DNA of 64,000 bases. Origin: Bryobacterales bacterium. Its GTDB lineage: Bacteria; Acidobacteriota; Terriglobia; Bryobacterales; Bryobacteraceae. The translations under genes were made by a program, and so were the position numbers. The DNA is taken from the NCBI GenBank assembly GCA_963813465.1, contig CAWEZD010000017.1, positions 3,956 through 67,955 of the forward strand, read 5' to 3'. Below, in pieces: positions 57,154-64,000 of this stretch (its first letter is position 1; each line of letters begins with the position of its first letter). Below the pieces are notes generated by a model, which was not told the origin of the DNA, ran no database searches, and saw nothing but the letters and a program-made list of their open reading frames with translations.

Positions 57154-58611
57154 ATGAGATTCGCTCTGATGGTTGCGGCCGCGCTCGGCGCGGGGGCCGC
57201 GTTCGCGGCGACGTGTGACAGCCTGGCTGCATTGAAGCTTCCCGACACTACGATCACCCTGGCGCAAGACGTGGCCGCGGCCGGGAACACGCCGGCGTAT
57301 TGCCGGGTCGCGGCGACGCTGAAGCCGTCGAGCGACTCCGATATCAAGATCGAAGTATGGCTGCCGGTGTCGGGATGGAACGAGAAGTTCGTGGCCAACG
57401 GGAACGGCGGATGGTCGGGAGCGATCACGCCCAACGCTCTGGCCGCGGCGGTGCGGCGCGGCTACGCCACTGCGATGACGGATACGGGCCATCAGGGCGG
57501 GAGCGGCAGCTTCGCGCTGGGGCACCCGGAAAAGCTGATCGATTTCGCCTACCGCGCGGTGCATGAAATGGCGGTGCAATCGAAGGCGGTGATCGCGGCT
57601 TACTACGGTAAGGGCCCGCGGCTTTCGTATTGGAATGGGTGCTCGTCGGGCGGGAAGCAGGGATTGAAAGAAGCGCAGCGATTCCCCGACGACTTCGACG
57701 GCATCATCGCGGGCGCGCCGGCGAATTATTGGACCCATCTGACCGCGCAATCGGTGTGGACGGTGGAGGCCGCGCGGGCCGATCCCGCTAGCAACATTCC
57801 GGCCGCCAAAGCGCAAGCCCTGCATCGCGCCGTGCTGGCGACTTGCGATGCTCTGGATGGAGTGAAGGACGGACTGATCGAAGATCCCACGCGCTGCAAA
57901 TTCGATCCGAAGACCCTCCTATGCGCGGGTGCCGACGGACCGGACTGCCTTACCGCGGCGCAGGTGGAAGCCGCTCGCAAAATCCTGGCCGGTCCCGTGA
58001 ACCCGCGTACCCAACAGCAGATTTTTCCCGGATTCGAGCCCGGAAGCGAGCTGGGCTGGCCGCAGACGTTTCAGATGGCCGGCGGGCTGGGCGGCGACTA
58101 TTTCAAGTACGTAGTCTTCAAGGATGCCAACTGGGATCTGAAGTCGCTGAATTACGATACCGACATCGCGCTGGCGGACCGAACCGACAACGGCACGATC
58201 AATGCCACCGATCCCAATCTTGCGCCGTTTTTCAAACACGGCGGGAAGCTGCTGATGTATCACGGCTGGGCAGATCCGCTGATTCCGTCCCAGAACAGCA
58301 TCGATTACTACAAGAGCGTGCAAGCGAAATTAGGGAAGGTAGATGACTCGATGCGCTTGTTCATGGTCCCAGGCATGGGCCATTGCGCGGGCGGCGACGG
58401 TCCGAACAGCTTCGACATGCTCGGCGCGATGGAGCAGTGGGTGGAGCAGAAGGCCGAACAGAAAAAGGCGCCGGAGTCGATTGTGGCCTCGCACAGCACG
58501 GCGGGGGCGGTGGACCGAACGCGGCCTCTGTGCGCGTATCCGCAGTCGGCCGTGTACAAAGGATCGGGAAGCATTGATGAGGCGCAGAACTTCGAGTGTC
58601 GAGCCCGGTAG
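57154..58611 (+). CDS. Tannase/feruloyl-esterase-family alpha/beta hydrolase, secreted
   Basis: GGAGG RBS, signal MRFALMVAAALGAGAAFA, nucleophile elbow NGCSSGGKQG, GIIAGAPA, and C-terminal MGHCAGG. Confidence 0.85.
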   Translation: MRFALMVAAALGAGAAFAATCDSLAALKLPDTTITLAQDVAAAGNTPAYCRVAATLKPSSDSDIKIEVWLPVSGWNEKFVANGNGGWSGAITPNALAAAVRRGYATAMTDTGHQGGSGSFALGHPEKLIDFAYRAVHEMAVQSKAVIAAYYGKGPRLSYWNGCSSGGKQGLKEAQRFPDDFDGIIAGAPANYWTHLTAQSVWTVEAARADPASNIPAAKAQALHRAVLATCDALDGVKDGLIEDPTRCKFDPKTLLCAGADGPDCLTAAQVEAARKILAGPVNPRTQQQIFPGFEPGSELGWPQTFQMAGGLGGDYFKYVVFKDANWDLKSLNYDTDIALADRTDNGTINATDPNLAPFFKHGGKLLMYHGWADPLIPSQNSIDYYKSVQAKLGKVDDSMRLFMVPGMGHCAGGDGPNSFDMLGAMEQWVEQKAEQKKAPESIVASHSTAGAVDRTRPLCAYPQSAVYKGSGSIDEAQNFECRAR

Positions 58612-58658
58612 TTCAGGGCCTCGCCACGGACTCGATTACCGCGGCAGACGGCGCCGTA

Positions 58659-59213
58659 TCATCGCCGCCTGCGCCGGTGTGTCGGCGAACCGAATGCGGG
58701 GGAACTTCGCCGAAGAAACCGGCGGCTGCCCTTCGGTTGAACGCGGCAGGCAGCCATCGCCGGGTCCCCTTCCGCCGCGATCTCTCCGGCTGGTTCGGCT
58801 GCGGAATCCAGGGTGGAGGCGATCGCACCCATGCTGCTTGATGGACGTTGAACCGGCCCGGTGAATGGTTCAGCTTCCAGCAGCACCGCGGCGGCGGCAA
58901 GATCGGGAGGAACCGGTTTCGGGCGGCGCTGCTCGACCACGAAGTTGCACAGCCACGAAACGGCAGCCCGCTGAACCGCAACCCGCTGAACCGGAAGTGT
59001 CGTGGAATCGCGATCGATCGGGAACAGTTTCAGATCCAGGGTTGCGGGAATCGACGGCGGCTCTTGGAGAACAATGAACAATGGATCCATCACGCGGCGC
59101 ATCGCCAGCCCCGACCGCTCGTCCTGGTAGGCGACCTCGTGCAGCTCCGAGCAGAACGGCCGCTTCTTGGAGGAAAACAGCCCGAGTCGCTTATTGCAGT
59201 ACAAACATTGCAT
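58659..59213 (-). CDS. Hypothetical protein with an N-terminal zinc-ribbon-like motif
   Basis: MQCLYCNKRLGLFSSKKRPFCSELHEVAY. The rest is low-complexity and contains a 15-bp tandem duplication (GGTTCAGCGGG(T/C)TGC x2). The C-terminal extent is uncertain. Confidence 0.45.
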   Translation of the reverse strand: MQCLYCNKRLGLFSSKKRPFCSELHEVAYQDERSGLAMRRVMDPLFIVLQEPPSIPATLDLKLFPIDRDSTTLPVQRVAVQRAAVSWLCNFVVEQRRPKPVPPDLAAAAVLLEAEPFTGPVQRPSSSMGAIASTLDSAAEPAGEIAAEGDPAMAACRVQPKGSRRFLRRSSPAFGSPTHRRRRR

Positions 59214-59310
59214 GGCGCGTCCCACCTAAGACTGGCAGCTTTCCCTGTGCAATACAAGCTCCTGAAGTACTGAGCGAAATCAGGTCAACACATTAGCCAG
59301 GATGGACGGG

Positions 59311-59366
59311 AGTCTGCCATCCTTCTAGCGGAAGTCTCCCATCCTTCTAGCGGAAGTCTCCTATCC
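59311..59366. repeat. 22-bp tandem direct repeat, 2.5 copies
   Basis: AGTCTGCCATCCTTCTAGCGGA / AGTCTCCCATCCTTCTAGCGGA / AGTCTCCTATCC, located 16-70 nt upstream of the PilZ gene start. Confidence 0.85.
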
Positions 59367-59381
59367 CTTTAATGGATACGC

Positions 59382-59774
59382 GTGATCGAAAATCCAAGAT
59401 CAGTCGTGCCATACTCGGGCATGCGTCATCGGATTCATACGCGGTATCCAGTCAGTGAAGCGGCCCAGACCTGGAGTTTGCTGGCGCCTCAAGAAGGTAT
59501 AAACCGAACACATATTGTCAACGTTTCCGAGTCTGGCCTCCGCATCGAGTCGGGTCAGGCGTTCCTCCCGGGAGAGGCGATTGCGATTCGGGTAAACCGG
59601 CTGGTGATCTTTGGGGTCGTGCGCCACGGCCGGCAGCTCCGCTCGGGGTGGTTTTCTTCCGGTGTCCGCATCACCGAAATCGTCGCTTACCAGGCGCGGA
59701 TACCGGCGAGCCTGGGCGAGATGCTCAAGAGCCGCAAGCTGGTGGGATCCGCATCCTCGTTGCCCGCGGCATAG
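59382..59774 (+). CDS. PilZ-domain (c-di-GMP-binding) protein
   Basis: RxxxR as RHRIHTR and (D/N)xSxxG as NVSESGLRI. The start is GTG 59382 or ATG 59421. Confidence 0.75.
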   Translation: MIENPRSVVPYSGMRHRIHTRYPVSEAAQTWSLLAPQEGINRTHIVNVSESGLRIESGQAFLPGEAIAIRVNRLVIFGVVRHGRQLRSGWFSSGVRITEIVAYQARIPASLGEMLKSRKLVGSASSLPAA

Positions 59775-59954
59775 ATCGCGGTGACAACCGCGCGACTTCC
59801 GAGCGTACGCTAAACGGGTCATCGCCTCATTCCCACACTCAGGAAAATAGCGGACTCCGGGTACGTTGTTTGGGCCCGTACTAAGAGAGTTCACTAGTTC
59901 AATTCAGCCCGCCAGCTCTATTGATTCACGCCCGCCACGTTCGCACAATGGCTC

Positions 59955-60309
59955 ATGGAACAACGATCCGAATCCCGCGTAGAGCCCAACCAGCCGGTTA
60001 CGATCACGGCATTGCTGAACAATGACGCCATCTGTACCGGGAGACTGGTCGATTTATCTTCAAACGACCTGAGGATCAAGTCAAACGCCGACTTGGAGGT
60101 TGGCAGCCTATTGAGGCTGGAACGTCGGCGACGATCTGATGGTGGCCGAAGTGCGCCATTGCGAGCCGGACGAAGGGGAATACAGCGCTGGCCTGTCGAT
60201 ACTATCATGGCTTGAGAAATCGGAGTTGAAACGGCTCCTGCGTGAGGCGGTCGCTGGACCCGCGCCCCAAAGCATTCCGGAGGACACCGCGTTACTGGCG
60301 GTCGGCTGA
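59955..60309 (+). pseudogene. Second PilZ-domain protein, frame broken near 60123
   Basis: QRSESR..GRLVDLSSNDLRIKS..VGSLLRLE in one frame continues as VGDDLMVAEVRHCEPDEGEYSAGLSILSWLEKSELKRLL..-stop in another. The span is 355 nt (3n+1). Confidence 0.6.
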
Positions 60310-60335
60310 AAACGATTTTACAAAGGAGAAAAAAC

Positions 60336-60431
60336 ATGGACACTTCTACAGTTCGAATCGTGTGCGCCGTGCTGGCGTTCCTGGCTCTCGGGATCATCGC
60401 GCTGCGCCGCAAAAAAAGTACGGAAGAATAA
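60336..60431 (+). CDS. 31-aa single-pass membrane peptide (below the ORF-track length cutoff)
   Basis: AAAGGAG RBS 8 nt upstream. Sequence MDTSTVRIVCAVLAFLALGIIALRRKKSTEE. Confidence 0.45.
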   Translation: MDTSTVRIVCAVLAFLALGIIALRRKKSTEE

Positions 60432-60651
60432 GGGCGAGTGGCCGGGGGGACGGTCCCGCGGGCCGGAACGAATACGCCCTGCTGTTTTGCCGGATGGACG
60501 CCGGGGCCAACAATCCGTATGCCGCGTGCTGACTTTTGCCGGAGACGCGAGGGAAGGCTCCGCGGCCCCGCCGATCGTCGTGATGCTGAACTGGACCGCG
60601 CGACTGAGACAGTAAGGCGGCCGCTGACCGCTCCCTGTGGTCGCGGCTCTG

Positions 60652-61866
60652 CTACGTCTTGGACGGCTTGGAAAACAATCCGAACAGGCCGCCTAAGGAA
60701 GACGGCTTCTTCATGCCCTCGGAGCGGCCGCCCAAGCGGTCGGCCAGTTGCGCGATGCTTTTTCCGAAGGGCGTGCTGGAGGGAATGGGTTTGCCTTCCA
60801 TGAGCGCGTTTTGCACGGCCTCGTAATCGCTGGGCAGGCTGTCGAAGACCTCGGTGTGGAGAGCGGTGCCGATCACTTCCCGGCTCAGGCCCACGTCGCG
60901 GTGATAGCGGTTCACCACCAGGCGCACTTTCCAGCGCCCGATGCGGTTGGTATCCAGATAGGAGAGGGCGCGCTGCGCGGCCTGGAGCGCGGGAAGCTCG
61001 TTGGTGGTCACCAGCAGAAGCTCATTGGCCTGGCGCGCCTGGTTCAGGTTCCACTCGCCATACACCCCGCCGGCGTCGATCACCACCACGTCATAAATGT
61101 GGCGGGCGTAGTCCAGAATGGGCGAAGGGTCGCGCAGATCCTGCATGCCTTCGACGATCAGCTCGGGCGCCAGCAGCACGTCGACGCCGCCGACCGGCGT
61201 GACCATGGCGTTCCACAGATCCAGGTCCAGCTCATTGGCGCGCTGGAGAACGTCCATAAAACTGTACACCGATTTGATCTTCAAAAGGAACGAAAGCGTG
61301 CCGGCCAGGAGATCGAGATCGGCCAGCAGGATGCGCTTGTCGCCGTGCCTGTTCCACTCGAAAGCCAGATTGCAGGCCACGGTGGTCGCGCCGCAGGCGC
61401 CCTTGGCGGGCATGACGGCGAAAATCTTGGCGGGTTCCTTGCCGGCCGCTTCGCCGGAGGGCTGCACGCGCGCCAGCTTGGCCAGCGCGGCTTCGAGCTG
61501 GTCGGCGGTGAAGGGCTGGATCAGAAAATCCAGCGCGCCGGCGCGCAGGCAGCGCAGAATCAGGTCCGGATCGTTGCCGTTCAGGAGCGCCAGCACCTGC
61601 ACGCCTCCGCCGAGCCGGGCCATATCGCCCAGCAACTGCATGGCTTGCGTGAGATCCGAAGCCGCATCCAGAAAAACCAAGTGCGGCCCGGCTCCGCCGA
61701 TGAGTCCGCCCAGCTCCCGCGGCTGCGGATACGCGCGTACGTAATTCACCGCGCTGCCGGGAAGTTGCGAGTTCAACAGCGGCTCCAGTTCCTGCAGCAT
61801 GCCCGCGCTAGGGCTGATCACGATAGCCCGTCGGGTTACGGGCGGGGAAGACTCACGATGCTGCAT
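60652..61866 (-). CDS. CpaE/TadZ-like protein: receiver-like N-domain plus ParA/MinD-fold ATPase domain with a deviant P-loop
   Basis: Receiver-like HLVFLDAASD..LRAGALDFLIQP. ATPase domain IFAVMPAKGACGATTVACNLA..ILLADLDL..VVIDAG. The P-loop lysine (GK[ST]) reads GAT. Confidence 0.8.
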   Translation of the reverse strand: MQHRESSPPVTRRAIVISPSAGMLQELEPLLNSQLPGSAVNYVRAYPQPRELGGLIGGAGPHLVFLDAASDLTQAMQLLGDMARLGGGVQVLALLNGNDPDLILRCLRAGALDFLIQPFTADQLEAALAKLARVQPSGEAAGKEPAKIFAVMPAKGACGATTVACNLAFEWNRHGDKRILLADLDLLAGTLSFLLKIKSVYSFMDVLQRANELDLDLWNAMVTPVGGVDVLLAPELIVEGMQDLRDPSPILDYARHIYDVVVIDAGGVYGEWNLNQARQANELLLVTTNELPALQAAQRALSYLDTNRIGRWKVRLVVNRYHRDVGLSREVIGTALHTEVFDSLPSDYEAVQNALMEGKPIPSSTPFGKSIAQLADRLGGRSEGMKKPSSLGGLFGLFSKPSKT

Positions 61867-62011
61867 GGGGGCGCGCTAGCCAGTTTGGAAATCCGTACCA
61901 GATGGGTAAACCGGCTAGAAGCGATGATAGCATGAGAAGCTCTCCAACATCCCCCTACTAAGGTAGTGATACATCCGGCCAACGAGTATTCGCAGCCGGT
62001 TTATGCTATGC

Positions 62012-62062
62012 GGGTTTAGTCCCTGGGTTTGATCCCTGGGTTTAATCCCTGGGTTTAGTTCG
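62012..62062. repeat. 13-bp tandem direct repeat, about 4 copies, in a divergent intergenic region
   Basis: GGGTTTAGTCCCT / GGGTTTGATCCCT / GGGTTTAATCCCT / GGGTTTAGTTCG. Confidence 0.85.
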
Positions 62063-62107
62063 AAAGCTCGCGAACAACGGGAAGGTAGTGAATGGAATGA
62101 AACTCTC

Positions 62108-62890
62108 ATGATGAATACTAACGTGCGCAATGGATCCGGCACGGCCGCATCCGTAGGGAATGGAGTGGCAGTGGCGAAGTCCTTAGCAGGACCGGGCCCG
62201 AATCCGGGCTTTCCAGGCGCGGGGCTGGACCTCGAGCTCGCCTGTCCCGAGACAAAATCCCAGAAGACGGTGATCGTGTGCGACACGCAACCGGTGACCG
62301 CCGAAGGGATTCGGACGGTATTGGCCGGGAACCCGGACCTGCAATTCGACGAGGTGGCGGATTCGCTGGGTGCGGCGCTGGATCTGGCGCAGCGTCACCA
62401 GCCCAACGTCATGGTGGTAGACAAAGCCTTTGGCATTCAGGCCATCCTGGAGTGGTTGAACGAAATCCGGCAGGCGGCTCCGGGGGTCGGCGTCGTCATC
62501 TGGGGTGTTTCGGTCACGGAAGCGGAAGCGTTGCGCTTCCTGCAAGCCGGAGCGCGGGGCATTCTGCGCAAGTCCGCGGTGGTGTCCGTGGTGCTGTCCT
62601 GTCTGCGGACGGTTGCCGACAGGCGGAGTTGGATGGAGGATTCCGTCTTCCGCGATTCGACACGCTCGGACCGCTACCCGCGGAGTGAGCTTACACCGCG
62701 GGAGCAGCAGGTGCTGGAACTGGTGGAGCAGGGCTTCAAGAACAAGGAGATCGCTCTGGATCTGGGCATCCGGCCCGGCACTGTCAAAATCCATTTGAAG
62801 CACATTTTCGAAAAAACCGGCGTGCGTGGCCGCTATGGCCTGGCTTTGAGCGGATTGAAGGATCGAGGTCTGGCGTCCGTCCCGGCCTAG
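62108..62890 (+). CDS. LuxR/NarL-family response regulator with an N-terminal Gly/Pro-rich extension
   Basis: Receiver VIVCDTQP..VMVVDKAF..ILRKS and the LuxR HTH LTPREQQVLELVEQGFKNKEIALDLGIRPGTVKIHLKHIFEKTG. Confidence 0.85.
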   Translation: MMNTNVRNGSGTAASVGNGVAVAKSLAGPGPNPGFPGAGLDLELACPETKSQKTVIVCDTQPVTAEGIRTVLAGNPDLQFDEVADSLGAALDLAQRHQPNVMVVDKAFGIQAILEWLNEIRQAAPGVGVVIWGVSVTEAEALRFLQAGARGILRKSAVVSVVLSCLRTVADRRSWMEDSVFRDSTRSDRYPRSELTPREQQVLELVEQGFKNKEIALDLGIRPGTVKIHLKHIFEKTGVRGRYGLALSGLKDRGLASVPA

Positions 62891-62942
62891 GCGGGCCCGC
62901 CTGAACCAAATCCTGGCAGAGCGGGCTTGCTACACTGGATCT

Positions 62943-63578
62943 TTGCGCGCGTTCGCTATCTCCATTCCGGTGGCCCTGTTAGCTGCCTTGGCGGTGTTCG
63001 CACCTGCGCAGCCTCCGGCCACGCAGTCTAATACCAGGGCGACGAGCGCGAAGCAATCCACAAAATCGACCGCTGCCAAATCCACATCGGCCAAGCCCCC
63101 AGCCGCTAAGTCCAGCGCGCCGAAATCCAGGCCCGCTGCACCCGCGACGGCCAAGTCCACGCTGGTGAAGCCGCCAACGGGCAAGGCGGCGACAGCCAAA
63201 ACCGCGGCAGCGAAATCCACGGCCGCCAGACGAACGGCATCCAAAACCGGCGCCAAGCAGGCCGCGAATTCCTACACCCCGCAGCAGCCGACGCCGGATC
63301 GCTACAAGGAAATCCAGCAGGCACTGGCGGATAAGGGCTATTTTGGCGGGCCCGTGGACGGGAACTGGGGTCCCTCCTCAACCGACGCGCTCAAGCGCTT
63401 CCAGCACGATCAGAATCTGATCGAGGACGGCAAGGTGGGCTCCTTGTCGTTGATTGCGTTGGGGCTAGGACCCAAGCGCGGGACTGCCGCGCCCGATTCC
63501 GCACCGAAGGCCGCCCCGCCCGCCGAAGCTCCGGCGCAGCCTTCCCAGTCCCAACCACCGCCAGCGGAGCCGCAATGA
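62943..63578 (+). CDS. Secreted protein with an Ala/Lys/Ser/Thr-rich repeat region and a peptidoglycan-binding (PG_binding_1) domain
   Basis: Signal [18 protein letters not shown], an (A/S/T)AK-type low-complexity tract, and [37 protein letters not shown] start. Confidence 0.75.
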   Translation: MRAFAISIPVALLAALAVFAPAQPPATQSNTRATSAKQSTKSTAAKSTSAKPPAAKSSAPKSRPAAPATAKSTLVKPPTGKAATAKTAAAKSTAARRTASKTGAKQAANSYTPQQPTPDRYKEIQQALADKGYFGGPVDGNWGPSSTDALKRFQHDQNLIEDGKVGSLSLIALGLGPKRGTAAPDSAPKAAPPAEAPAQPSQSQPPPAEPQ

Positions 63579-64000
63579 TCGTCGGAGTTCCCAAGGAAGT
63601 CAAGGATCACGAATCCCGAGTCGGCCTGCTGCCCAGCGGCGCCAAAACCCTGCACGAGGCCGGCCACCGGGTGCTGGTCGAGGCTGGCGCGGGACTGGGC
63701 AGTTCGCTTCCCGACGCCGAGTACCATGAGGCCGGCGCGGAGATCGTTCCCACAGCGGCCAAAGTCTGGTCAGCCGATCTGGTCGTGAAGGTCAAGGAAC
63801 CCCAGCCTTCCGAATATGGATTGCTGCGTCCCGATTTGATCCTTTTCACCTACCTGCACCTGGCGCCAATTCCCGAATTGACCTCCAAGCTGCTCGAAGC
63901 CCGGGTCAGCGCCGTGGCATACGAAACCATTCGCGAGGGCGATCACTACCTGCCGCTGCTGACGCCCATGAGCGAGGTGGCGGGGCGCATGGCGGTACAG
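63575..64000 (+). CDS. ald: Alanine dehydrogenase, N-terminal part (runs off the window)
   Basis: [57 protein letters not shown]. The ATGA overlaps the upstream stop. It is absent from the ORF track because no stop falls in the window. Confidence 0.9.
   Translation, partial: MIVGVPKEVKDHESRVGLLPSGAKTLHEAGHRVLVEAGAGLGSSLPDAEYHEAGAEIVPTAAKVWSADLVVKVKEPQPSEYGLLRPDLILFTYLHLAPIPELTSKLLEARVSAVAYETIREGDHYLPLLTPMSEVAGRMAVQ

Noticed and set aside
60336-60431. Flp/Fap pilin interpretation of the 31-aa peptide next to the CpaE-like gene
   Set aside because: It is too short and lacks the G/xxxxEY prepilin-peptidase motif.
59311-62062. CRISPR array interpretation of the 22-bp and 13-bp repeats
   Set aside because: The units abut directly with no spacers, there are only 2.5 and about 4 copies, and no cas genes are present.
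1-64000. tRNA, rRNA and tmRNA genes
   Set aside because: I found no T-loop/acceptor-type patterns (GGTTCGAATCC-like with flanking stems) or rRNA-like conserved blocks on either strand. Every long non-coding stretch was inspected by eye only.

Overview
This is a high-GC bacterial chromosomal window with about 60 protein genes. I found no rRNA, tRNA or CRISPR array. The gene content points to an Acidobacteria genome of the Solibacter/Bryobacter type. That call is an inference from a TIGR03435-like protein beside a BlaI/BlaR1 pair, NHL and TolB-type propellers, a PEP-CTERM-like tail and Ser/Thr kinase fusions. Landmarks in order: M23 peptidase (partial), ssb, two methyltransferases, an NHL-repeat gene, and the imuA-imuB-dnaE2 mutagenesis cassette. 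Next come a PON-like propeller, FecR plus a degenerate GGDEF protein, pfk, and a noncanonical Hsp70-like protein beside a large membrane protein. After these are a decayed toxin-antitoxin patch, a LplT-Aas fusion, and a lig-type (protocatechuate/gallate meta-cleavage) cluster. The rest is BlaI-BlaR1-TIGR03435, pheS-pheT, an ECF sigma/anti-sigma pair, PfkB-family kinase, EamA, 2-hydroxyacid dehydrogenase, and Thr/Ser dehydratase. The last third holds a small-protein/PIN-like/STAND-kinase operon, a tannase-family esterase, a PilZ/CpaE-like/LuxR cluster, a peptidoglycan-binding protein and ald (partial). Main second-look items: (1) a BlaR1 sensor-protease whose C-terminus is a polysaccharide-export (Poly_export/SLBB-like) domain; (2) a possible three-gene module of a 70-aa protein, a PIN-like protein and a 1308-aa kinase-STAND-TPR protein; (3) a c-di-GMP/Tad-like regulatory cluster with an orphan CpaE-like ATPase and two sets of tandem DNA repeats; (4) a 35-bp direct repeat that duplicates the dnaE2 3' end and brackets the NHL gene; (5) a REP-like hairpin placed right after two unrelated stop codons; (6) a high density of single +1 frame breaks in otherwise well-conserved genes. 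All calls rest on reading the translations and the DNA. No database search was run.
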